Below, piece by piece: positions 1 through 11,500 of a stretch of DNA of 64,000 nucleotides; the first letter of the stretch is position 1, and every line of letters begins with the position of its first letter. This DNA comes from Amoebophrya sp. A120 (lineage: Eukaryota; Protista; Dinoflagellata), in NCBI GenBank assembly GCA_905178155.1, contig CAJINV010000004.1, positions 10,134,381 to 10,198,380 on the forward strand. The letters run 5' to 3'. The position numbers were made by a program, and so were the translations under genes. A model generated the notes under the pieces. The model had not been told where the DNA came from. It saw only the letters and a program-made list of their open reading frames with translations, and did no database searches.

Positions 1-3000
1 TCTGCGACATTCGGTTGATTTTCAAATTGCCAGAGGGAAGAGGTGAACTGCGGGAACTGATTACCATCTGGCGCGAACTGGCGTTTCAAAGTCCGTTGAA
101 AAAATCGAACCTCGGACCGGCGACTACAGCCGAAGAAACGGTGAAACTTGTCACGGAAGTGTTCAACAACTCCAGCTGCTGCCCGTCGCAGGGGAAAAAT
201 TCCGGGTCTACCTGGGGGGCCGGACCGATCTATGGATTGCAAAGATGTCTGGGTCTGGAAACTTGTGATGCTAAAATGTGGATGATGGAAACAGTTCCGA
301 ATGCAACACAGCATGACAACTTTTCAGAACGCTTTCTCATAGGAAATCCGCGTGAGAAACGGCGTTTTTGCGTGTACCAAAGAGGCTGCGACTTTTGTTG
401 GCTATGCAATACAGATTTGCTAGGTATGGAGAGCTAGCATTACAAGTTGCAACCTTCCAGACCCAGACACTTTGGCGTTTGACACGATCGGGACAGACGC
501 GATTTTCTTCTACGCCAAGGTGGCAAAAGAGGATTTGGTGAAGGGAACGAAACTGTTGCTACGCATCAAAGAAGACGTGGTGTTCACGCACGAGAAAGTG
601 AAATTGGCGATTTCGAGAATTCTCAACGTGTTACCTCAGGAGAAACGCCAGGGGTGGAGTTTGTGCTGCTTAGCCGGGCGGGCGTTGGTGTACGACGATC
701 GGAGCATGCAGAAAGTGAATTCCTGGCCGAAGATCTTGGCGCAGCTGAAAATGTTTGCCACGGGGAAGGATGAATCGGGGGCGGGTGAAGACGAGGATGG
801 CAGCGAGGATGAGGAAGGCGGGGAGGAAGAGGAGGACGATGAAGCCATGCCCGATGCTGCTGATAATGATGACCAAGGCAAGAATACATCTGACAGCAAA
901 AATGACAAGGATTTCTCCCCCGCCCCCCGCACCTCCGACGTGACTATGGAGGGCACGACGCCGGCGGATGAAGAGATGCTGCCAGAGGTTTATGGAATGC
1001 AAAAATGTCTGGGTCTGGAAGAATGCAAGATTTGTGATGCAGGTTTTCCATGACCCATGAGGTCTGGAATGCGAGACCCAGCATGACAGATTCTCTGAGG
1101 TCTTTATCATGCCTTTCCTGCATGAGAAACTCCCTCTCAACTTGGTCAAAAGGGGACAGCTTTTGGCACTCATGCAACACAGATTTCTGCATGATTCGGA
1201 TTTAGCATGACAAGTCGCAATCTTCCGGACCTAGACATATTTGCAATGCATAAGGTTGACGAGGCGACAAAACAGGCGAAAATCGAGGAAATGATCGGTG
1301 GCTTGGGAGAACTGCAGAAGGCGCTGTATCGTAAAGAAAAATCCCCCCTCCCCATATTGAAAACGCACCGTCCTGAAAATTTGCGTTGCAGATTTGTGAC
1401 CACAAATCCGGTTTGTCATGCAAGAAGGCACCTTTAGGCTGTCCCCCGCGTTATGTAGGCGATTTGTAATGCTGTAGGGCCTACAGGGCAGACGTCTGCC
1501 ATGCTAGGCGCCTACAGCAAGAGGCCCCTGTCTAGGCTTGCGATCTGCGTGCATTGCTCTACTGCAAGACAGATTTGATTTGTGTACAGAAATTCCGCAT
1601 CACAGATTTCCGTTTTGATATGGAGAGGGGAGATTTTTCATTTTGATACACTGTCCACGGTCGCGATGCACGTTGGCGGGGATTTGGCCGAGTTGCTGGA
1701 CAAGACCACCCCGCAACACAAGTTTTTCACCGAAGACCTGTGGACCGACCTTTGCTCCACACGGTACACACCGCTACCGACCTGGACCTGCCTGGCGATT
1801 GAGTGTGACGAGACGAAGAAGAGCACCTTGTTGCAGGCAAATGATAATGAGGAACAAACAGCGAGCACCACAAATACTGCAACGAATGAAAATTCATCCC
1901 CCTGCGGCATCGTTGTCTACGCTTCTTCCATCGAGTCCAACTACCTGCGGATGCAAACCTATCCCACGAAAAAAGTGTTACAGTTACACATTTGTTGCTG
2001 TTGGAGTTTCTGCATCACAAATTTTCTCTGTGTGGCAGAGAAAACCTGTAATGCGAAGATCATAAGGGAAAACAGGAAGGAAACCAGGCTCCCAAGCATT
2101 TCCTGCATGAGAAAGGTTGTCTGTGTTGCCGGTCTTGCAACACAATGCGTAACTGTAGCACTTTTTTCTTGCGATAAAACCGCCTGTCTGTCCGACTTGG
2201 ATCACCCGGACGTGTGCGCGTTGCTGCTCGCCTGTTATGCAGTGCAAATATGTCTGGGTCTGGAAGGTAGTTGCGAGATTTGTCATGCTAGTCTGGCATG
2301 ACTCTGCACTCTGTATTGCGTGGCTCCCAAGGGGTCCTCTTGCCTGTCATGCAAAAGCGCAGTTTCTGTTTCTCATGCGAAATACGCAGCACAGAAGCAC
2401 GAAGAAACTTGTCATGCTTGGCGGCGCATTACAGAGCACTTTATTGCTCGCGGACTTGCATCACAACCACAAGTTTCCAGACCCAGACATATTTGCAATG
2501 GATACCTGTGAGTGCTTCACCATGTTGGAGGGCCCGTTTTGGCGGAAGATTCGCGGCCGCGGGCTGGCCTACAACTACGCTTTGGGGCTCAGCCTGGACA
2601 GCGGGCTGCTGACCTTCGTGTTGCAGAAGAGCACGAACCCGGTGCCGGCGTTCTTGGAAGCGAAGAAAATCGTGGAGGAAGCGGTTGGACAGCATCAAAA
2701 CAGCACGGAGATGAACACCAGCAAGCCTGAAGAAGTGAAAGATGCAGCAGCCGCGACTCCTCTTCTGGACGATGACGTCGTTCTGAACGCGGCACGCTCC
2801 GGGTTGACCTTCGATTTGATCGCCGGACTGAGCACCATTCCGGCCATCACGAGCGGGAGCTACCTGGACACGATCAGCCGCCGCGGGGAGAACAAGGTGC
2901 AGAGAATGCTGGCGAGATTGATGGACGTGAAGAAGGAAGATTTGAAACGGGTCACGAAACAGTACATCGCGCCGCTGTTTGGAATAGTTGATACTAGTTC

Positions 3001-3211
3001 AAGAACAACATCTTCTGTGCAGAAGAAGAGAAAGGCAAATAACCCTGTCGTGTTTTCCGTTTCCACGCCGGCAAACAAGTTGGAGAAGACGAAAACGGAG
3101 TTGCAGGAGTTGAACTTTCGATTTCTACCCTTTTCCGTCCCCGAAATCGAAACGGAATACGCGAAGGCGGATGGATACGCCGCTATTCAGGAACGGTTGC
3201 AGAAGTTGTGA
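1..3211 (+). CDS. M16-family (insulinase/presequence-protease-like) zinc metallopeptidase, C-terminal part, 5' partial, 5 introners
   Basis: Removing 231-489, 991-1257, 1327-1653, 1960-2181 and 2236-2509 gives one frame (GPI|GTD, PEV|DEA, KAL|STV, MQT|ACL, LAC|ECF). Contains EGPFWRKIRGRGLAY, matching the M16C-type R/Y substrate-binding motif. Stop at 3211. Confidence 0.7.
231..489. mobile_element. Introner family A (TIR TGCAAAWATGTCTGGGTCTGGAA)
   Basis: DR CGATC/CGATC; removal restores frame. Confidence 0.85.
991..1257. mobile_element. Introner family A
   Basis: DR AGGTT/AGGTT; TAT...ATA. Confidence 0.85.
1327..1653. mobile_element. Introner family B (TIR AAAAATCCCCCC)
   Basis: DR CGCTG/CACTG; TAT...ATA. 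Confidence 0.8.
1960..2181. mobile_element. Introner family C (A-tract TIR)
   Basis: DR AAACC; TIR AAAAAAGTGTTACAGTTAC. Confidence 0.8.
2236..2509. mobile_element. Introner family A
   Basis: DR CCTGT. Confidence 0.85.
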
Positions 3212-4137
3212 GTGGTTTCTTGTTGACGAATTGCAAGAGCCGTGCCGGTATGAGAATGGTTCTTGGTCGACAGAAGTACAATTGGCACACCGCCGCGCAA
3301 GGGATGGAGGTGTTACTTACTGTTAACGATGATGATCATGATGTGAGTGGCTCAGGCTCGCTACCCAACTGAATGAAGAAAGCATGTGTGGTTACTTGAG
3401 AGTTCCAGAACAACAAAAATAGTTTACTACATTTTTGGCTTATGTTCATGAGCACGCGCACGTAGCACCGAAAATGACCGGGGCTGGCCCGGCCGGCTAC
3501 CTAATGGCCTCCGCGGCAGTATCCTTGTGGATGATCGTCTGAATGTCTGGTCGCCCGGTTGGTATTTGTGTCGTTCAGACATGTGGCGAGGGACGGCTCG
3601 TCTCGTTTTTAGGGTTCTTATCCACATGTATCGGGGCGAGTGTTGGAGATAGGCCGAGCGCCATCATTTCGTCAGAATTGTTTGAGAATGTGGTTCTTCC
3701 GTCCTGAAATGGGTGAAATAATTGCATCCCGCATGCACTTCTGCTAGGGCCTGAGCGACGACGCAACGAAAGGAAACGGAGGCGCACCACCACTGGCCAA
3801 TAAACAAACATCCAAGAATATTCCTATGATAAACTCATTTATCGTCGCATTTTTTAGCCAGAATCGGGAGCAAGCTACAGGCCTGTCCTTGTCGTCGTCA
3901 TTTCTTTAGTTTCACTACTTCATCTTCATCATCTAGTTTTTGTTTCATGTATCATTTCAGGCGGCCACCTTGTTACAGTGTAGTATTTTTCTCCTTCGCG
4001 TGTTCTAAGTCTTCCATGAATTTCATGCATAGCGCGCCCCACTTGAGGTGTACTCGAATCTAGATCCTTACTTCGTTCTACTTACTACTTAGTTCTTTAT
4101 TTTCGCTATCCATCAACATCATCAGCAAAACTAACCA

Positions 4138-5082
4138 ATGTCCACCCGCCGATTCGCCGTCGTGTCCGACAAGAACCGCCAATGGGTTTTTCGGCCAGCC
4201 GAAGCGCGAGACGCTGCGATAATTTCTGAAAGGATTTGGTCCCAGTGGGCAGGGTTCGCACGTGCGTATGGGCTGCTCTCCATGGAAGACGTCAAGTGCT
4301 ACATGGAGACTGTGGCCGCGAATGCCGAAGACTTCGCAGCGCGGCAAGTAGACGAGCGAGAAAGAAGTGGTAAAAATTCTGCGGCAAGGACCCAGCAGGG
4401 AGGGGACCTAGTGAACGAAGATCGTCGTGGTCCTGTAGAAGAACAAAATCATATCTCTGTCACAGACGGCGCATCTTCATCCACTTATCGCAGTCGAGAA
4501 GAGGTTCTGAGCCTCCTGCCTCTCTTCTTTGTCGTGGCGGAGGTTAGCGTTAGCGACGCGGGCGGCCAGGACAATGAGCAGGATACAATGGAAAAGGTGA
4601 ACAATCAAGACCAAAAGATCGTCGCCCACATCGGGCTCGACGACGGAGACCTGCCGGCGGGCGAGCGCAACGCCGCCGGCGAATATTCAGTCGACCTGCA
4701 GTTTCGGCCGTGGTTGACGGACTTGTACGTGGTCCCAGAGTATCGGAACAAAGGAGTCGCGACGTTCCTCGTTTCGAACGTCCTGCGGTTCTATGAAAGG
4801 GAAATTATTAATATGCGCATACAACAGTCACAGCCTGAAGATCTTCCCGCAGGTGGCGAAAGTAGAACGTCGACTACATGCGACCTCGCTGGCTGGCCGT
4901 GGCTGTCGTTGTGGTCGCATATGGAAGAGACCTGGCTGCGCGAATGGTACAGCAAAAAATTCGGCTTTCGGTACGAAGACGAAGTGAGCTACACAACAGA
5001 AACGGCCGATGGGAACGTGCTAACGCACATTTCGAGTATAGCCCGGAAGGACTTTTTACCACTTGTCGAGGAGAAGAGATAA
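4138..5082 (+). CDS. GNAT-family N-acetyltransferase, single exon
   Basis: 314-aa ORF with PWLTDLYVVPEYRNKGVATFLV (GNAT motif A, V-x-P-x-x-R-x-x-G-x-A) and WYSKKFGF (motif B). Confidence 0.75.
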   Translation: MSTRRFAVVSDKNRQWVFRPAEARDAAIISERIWSQWAGFARAYGLLSMEDVKCYMETVAANAEDFAARQVDERERSGKNSAARTQQGGDLVNEDRRGPVEEQNHISVTDGASSSTYRSREEVLSLLPLFFVVAEVSVSDAGGQDNEQDTMEKVNNQDQKIVAHIGLDDGDLPAGERNAAGEYSVDLQFRPWLTDLYVVPEYRNKGVATFLVSNVLRFYEREIINMRIQQSQPEDLPAGGESRTSTTCDLAGWPWLSLWSHMEETWLREWYSKKFGFRYEDEVSYTTETADGNVLTHISSIARKDFLPLVEEKR

Positions 5083-5574
5083 AGGGACTTTAATGCGCGA
5101 ACGGCAACACCTTCTCCTTCACATCACCGGGGATATCGTGCTCATTGCAAGAAATTTTGATTTTGCGCCGTGGCCGTTCGCATTGGTATTACAATCGAGA
5201 TTATTTCCGACGAGTGGGAGCAGTGTCAACATCAATCATGCACTGTGTTGGCGCCCTCTGGCGTAATTGTGATCACATTTTCCTGCGGCTGCGAGTTACT
5301 TGTGTATAAAAACATTGTGTGATGAGCGCGCGCGACCACGAGTGGGAGCTGGAGCGGGGAAGATTCGAACAATCGGTTAGGATTCACCGAGAGCTCCGGT
5401 AGCAAGCTGCAAGCGTCGCTGCAAATCAATCGCGACAGCATGATTTGGAATAAATGCGAGAACCGTTTTGACTGCGTGATGAAGTTTGGTTCCACGACAT
5501 CCTAGTAAAAAGCACGACGACGAAGGGCATCAAAATCTATCATCTTCGTGAAGATACAACATAGCACCTCGTCC

Positions 5575-8500
5575 ATGACAAGTTCCGAGCAGTACACGAC
5601 GCAAGGGGCAGACCGGTCGTCTGTCGGCGGCGGGTCCGTGAAGACGGGAGGTGGTGGTCGACGGCGCTCCTCCGGTTCGTCAACCAAGTCCGCGAACGTC
5701 ATCAACTGGGCGCTGCGGCCACCGGGCCTGGTGATCGAGAAATCCTATCCGGGGGCGAAAGACGAGCTGAATCTGAACGCGGAAGTAGAACCTGGAGCTG
5801 CTGCACCAGACGAAAGGGCCACGGAGGATGGTGAACAGACCGCGACAAGTAACACTTCGTATTTGATGAAAAATCTCGTTTACTGCTTATTGCGAAGAAA
5901 GTGCTCAATATCGAAATTACATATAAACCCCATCATCTCAGCCCCGAAGAAAGAACCCACTCCGGGAGGTGCACCAGCCGGTGGGACAACTTCCCGCACC
6001 CCTCTGGACGATTTCAATACCCTCCGAGACATCGATCCCTACTCCACCGAAGACTTGGTGTTTTCCGAAGCCGCTCCGGTGGTCCTGGAGGTGCATTTTA
6101 GGGTAAGCTATCACACCAAAAAGTGTTAACGTTAACGGAATGTGGCATGCAGGAATGCACGAGAAACGATGCCCAAATTTGTATTGCATAGCATGCATGA
6201 TAGCGAAAATTTGTCATGCATGACTGCAATGCCCCAAAACCGTTAACGTTAGCACTTTATGAGACATTCTGCACAATTAGTTGAAAAATAATTAGTAAAT
6301 TTCATTTTTTGATCTCAAAGAGGCTGCATTTAGCAGCCTGTCAGCACCGAGGTGATGTCGAAACTGGAACCCGAAACCGCGACCGGAACTGGAGACCTTG
6401 GTACACCTGCTTTGATGACATATATAACTAGGCTCCAATCTGAACTAGCTAGTTTAAGAAGCAGGAAGCCAGTCTGCGGGAGAAGCCCAGAAGGAAGCTG
6501 CGTATTGGGGTTGAACGGTGGGTAGAGCCGCCTCCTTCAGCAGCTGGTAGGCCGCCAACCGTCGCCGGGGCCCCGGACGGGGCCCCGGCGACGGTTGGCG
6601 GCCTACCAGCTGCTAGAACGGCGTGACTCAGGTCGAGATAGACGGGTCCGCGACGCTGGCTTCCTGGCTTCTTTTCAATGGGGTGGCCACCACCTTAACT
6701 AGCTAGTTCAGATTGGAGCCTAAATAAGTACATGATCAGACCATTCCAAAACATACCTTACCAGAAACCGGATCCACTACAGGTACAGGGCAGGTACTGG
6801 AAAAGCAGCATTCCGCCGACGGCACGGTGCCTCTCCGCAATCAAAAAATACATTTTACTAATTATTTTACAACTAATTGTGCAGAATGTCTCATACACTT
6901 TTTTGCTTGATATAAGCTCGCTGTCGGTCATCACGTCGGAGAGCGGGGAGGAGTATGGATTGCAAATATTTCTTGGTCTGGAACACTGCAACTTGTCATG
7001 CTAAGTCTGGACGATGCAAAAATCTGTGTTGCATGATTGCCAAAAGCTGTCCACTTTTGACCAAAGTGAGAGGGAGTTTGTCACGCAGGACAGACATGAT
7101 ACTAGACTAGAGATCTCACAGATTCTGTCATGTTAGGTCCTGCATTCCAACCGAACCCTCATGCGTCATGGAAAACCTGCATGACAAACCTTGGAGTCTT
7201 CCAGACCCAGACATATTTGCATTTGATAACGAGCTGCTGAAGGCAAAGTTTGACTTCCGCTTCTACTGGAACGACCCGCGGTTGGCGAATTGGCCCGAGG
7301 ACACGGACCCGCCGGTCAACATTTGGCGCCCGGAGATGAGCATGCTCGACAGTGTGGAAAACGTGTATCTCCGAGACAACAAAGCCACGATCTCCGCATT
7401 GCAGCAGACCACCACGGTAGAAGCGGAGGAGGAGGAGGACGACGAGGAAGACGAGGACGATGCCGTAGTTGAATTGGCAGCAGGAGTTGCAGCTGGAGGT
7501 GTGGTCGAGAACAATGCGAATAGCGAGGCGGGAGCTGGAGTTAGAGCGAAAACGTCAAAAGACCACGTCGATAGAAGCGAAACCCAGACTGTTTCCGCGG
7601 CGGAAACCAGCACTGTCGTGACCAGCCGAACGAAGGGTACTTCTAGCAAGAACATCAAGCCGAAAAAAGCGCGGCGGTCGTCTTCTTCCCTCATTCAGAC
7701 GAACCCGCACGCGAACATACCCACGCCGCAGTTTTACCAGGGGAACGAGGGGAGAAAAACCGGCCGGCTGTTGCTCGAATTTCCCCTGGAATCGTGCAAC
7801 ATCGATATGCTCGAAGACCTATCGTGTGCAAAAGTATCGTATTTTTCGTAGCAATTGCATTTTTGCATTACAAACCTCTTTCCCAAGGTAAATCAGCATT
7901 ACAAATTCAATTTGTAAAAATGCTGGGCTAATTTGTAATTGTATTGCAATTTATACTAGTACGTTGCTTTTGTATTGCCTAAGACCCCCACCGGATGATG
8001 TCCTTTCCCTTTGACAAGCTTCGTCTAGATTTCGTCATCATCCTGGCAGGCGAGCAGCGGGTGGATATCCTGTGCAAAAGTATCGCACTCGTAGTAATCG
8101 CAATCATGCATTACAAATCTCCCTCTTAACCGAAATCCGCATTACAAATTTCATTTTTCATGCTGAGGGAATTTGTCATGCAATTTATACTAGTGCGATG
8201 CTTTTGCATTGCATAGTGGAGACCTCCGATCAAGTCTGTTTCTATTGGGGGCCCGTGGAGTCGAAACGGCGGGACATGAACGTCTATGCAATACAAATTT
8301 GATGAATCTCCCGCACACAGACAAAATGCATTTATTGTACTAATCTTGCCAACTTGGAGCACGTTACTTGTCATGCTGAATAGGATTGATGGCGCATTTT
8401 GTCTTGCAGCAACCGCATTTGATGTAGTTGAGCGCCTATGTGGGAAATTCCAATTTCCTGTGGATAACGTCAGTTGCCAGACCACGGTCGCGGAGTTCGA

Positions 8501-11500
8501 CCTGACGGCAGTGTCCTACGCGAAGATGACGCACGTGTCGCCCGGGACGGGACTGAAGTACGAAGACGTGGCGTGGTCGTTGCACTTTTCGAGGGTGGTC
8601 GTCTACTACGTGCACAAGGGGATGTATGAGATATACACAACTCCCCCTCCCCCTCATTTGTCATGCAAAACCCCAAATCCAGTCGCTGCCCGGTGGCACT
8701 GTTTGCATGACAAATTCGGGAAGCCCAGACAGTACTACATCAGGCACAGAAAAAATTTGGCATGCATAGGCTCCACATGTGCTGGTGTTTGTTGTATTGC
8801 TGTTCATGCTATGCGAATGAGAGGGAGGGGGAGTTGTGCACTCTCAGAAGATGTTCCCGTTATCCGCCTGTATTTTTTTCGGTTACTGTTCCTTCATCAT
8901 CTCGCCGGAAGAACTCGCCGGGAGGCTACAATATGCATTGCAAATATGTCTGGGTCTAGAAACTTGTGATGCTGAACTGTGGATGACTGAAATATTTGCC
9001 AATGCAGCCAAGCATGACAAGTTTGCAGAACGCTCTCTCATGCTCATTCCGCATGAGAAACTGCGCTTGTGTATGACCAAAGTGGGCGTCGTTTTTGTTA
9101 GTCATGCAATACAGATTTTACAGGAGTGTAGGACTAGCATCACAAGTTGCACTCTTCCAGGCCCAGACATTTTTGCAATGCACATGCAGCTGCTGGTGGC
9201 GATCTTTCTCACGTGCTTCGCCATACAGTGGATTATCACGGAAAGGTATTGATGTTGACGCACATAGCGAGAAGGAGATGAGTGTTTACTCATAGGCATT
9301 AGAAGTGCAAGAAGAACCATAGATACCTGCTCTCGTACGTATGAAGCTTCGCATGTTACACGTGTTCATGTTGATACGGAAATAAAATATAGTAAAACAT
9401 TTATACATCTTGCTCAGGTTGCCCCGCGTGCCTTACCTGACCATCCTGGATCACATCGTGTTCGCCTCCGTTATGGCGTTCTCAAACGTTATATCCTCAA
9501 CTGTTACATGGATCTGTAATGCAAGAACGGCAAAAGCGCAAGGGGAGAGATTTTGCCTGTTGCATTACAGGTTTGGCACAGATTTATATGCTGTTCAGCC
9601 CTTCGGAAATTTGTCATCATGCAAGGCAGCTTGATGATGTAGATCTAGACGAGACTCGAATAGCTGCGCCCGCTAGGGGTGACAGCGCATACTTGCGCTA
9701 GAAAGGGTAGTAGACCGCCCCTCCCTCCCCCTCCCACAGTTGCGGGGCCCGTGCACCGTGTGTGTTTATCCTGCACACGTGTCAAGGATGAGGATGCGCG
9801 GTTCATGCGCGGGTGGGGACACCCCGTCCACCCTCCCTCGCTCTGTTGCGCAGCATGCATCAGGTCGGGCCCTGTTTGGAAGAAGCCGGACGCCTTAGCC
9901 TCAATCCGGATCGTTGGAAGTATTTATTGAGCAGGCGTCTGGATCTCCGCCGTAGGCTTTGTATTGCTTATTGACTCGCCTTGTTCCTAAATTGCCTGCG
10001 CTAGAGCCCCGGGCGTAAAGCAGCGCAGCCGTAGATCGCTTAATTCCTTAGACTGCCGGAAGCCGGAAGACGGGCGCAGTAGGCGCGTAGCAAGATCGCC
10101 CAAGATGAAAGTCTAGGGCTTCGCATTCACTTGCCCATACGCATTCCATTTTCAAACAGCGACCATCGCTTTTTTGCCTACTTGATCTCTTTCGGATTTG
10201 GTCCTCCCGCCTCGCACATGCAGGCATCTCGCAGATCTTTGGTTTTTTCAGTGCGACTTTATTATCATCCTCGTGAGCTCCTAGATTTTCCTTGTCGCCA
10301 CCGATCGCTTTTATTTTTTTCCTTTAGCCTGTCCTTCTGCCGCTTCGCTATTTCTAGGCTTTTAAGGATATTGAGATAGCTAGCCGCCACATAATGTCGA
10401 AAGAGGAGTATGCCATATCGGGCGAGCGCGGCCGATTCAATCCGATTCGTCGGGGTGCCATTTATCACCGGCGCACGGGTGCGCAGAGGGAGCACAGGGA
10501 GCCGAACGCACTGGGAGTCGCGGCGGAATATATTTGGGCCGGGGATTCGAAGGCCGCCAGTGGCCACATTGTTTCGTGGTTTTTCACCTCGCAGCAGCCG
10601 AAGCGCCAGAAGGAAAGCTGGGGGCTGGTGGTTGATTTCGTGGCAGCGGGCGAAGTTTTTTCTGGACGAAGTCGTGGGCATTTCCGAAGATTATACGGAC
10701 GCCATTGCCGCAGCATTTGCCGCGGTGCGGCCAGATGTCGCGCTGCTTCCGACGTCATCACTGCACTGGTCATAGATGTTGGCAGACCTGGGGGCGACGT
10801 GTCCGGCTGGTTTTTTTTTGAAGAAAGTCCTGCCGACAGTTCTCTGTGTGATGTGTACCTGGATGAAGTGATGAGCGGCTTTGAGCAAAGTAGCCGCCGC
10901 TGTGTTTCCGGTCGATCGAAGATGTTCGCCGTGTTAGGTTATAACCCGACGGGCCTCGGCCTGCTCCACCGTTTGTGTCCTTCCTTGCGCAGTCTTGTGG
11001 GTTTGTGCGAAGATATCTTGCTGCCTCGGTGCTCCTTAGTCTCGGTCGATACATCTAAGCGGAAATGTATGCGGGGGCCCCTGAGCCCCCCCCGCGCCCC
11101 CCCCGCCCCGTTTTGTGGCGTTCGCAGTGTTTTTCAGGTCGCTTTCTGGGTTGCAGCGCGTCGCGGCCACCATTCGATATCTTGTTGCGTAGGCGCGTAG
11201 TCTCGGTCGATATTGTGAAGCGGGCATGGATATAATACTGCGCCCCAATCTGTATGAAAGAATAGTTTCTGTTTTTAAGATGAAGACTCACATGTGGGGG
11301 GCCCTCGCCCCCCCCCGCGCCCCCCCCGCCCTTGCGATATGATGATACTGCGCCCCAATCTGCATGAATAGTTTTTAGCTCTAAGATGATAGCTTTAAGA
11401 CCTAAGATCATTACTTTTGATATGAAGACGGCCGCCATTCGATATCTTGGTGCCTAGGCGCGTAGTCTCGGTCGATATTGTGCAGCGGGCATGGATATGA

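Larger units (their letters stand above)
6258..6895. mobile_element. Nested MITE with about 42-bp TIR
   Basis: TATGAGACATTCTGCACAATTAGTTG...CAACTAATTGTGCAGAATGTCTCATA; 5-bp TSD CACTT at 6253-6257 and 6896-6900. Confidence 0.85.
6109..6917. mobile_element. Introner family C carrying nested elements
   Basis: DR TAAGC; TIR AAAAAGTGTTAACGTTAACGG; right TIR split by a nested MITE. Confidence 0.8.
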
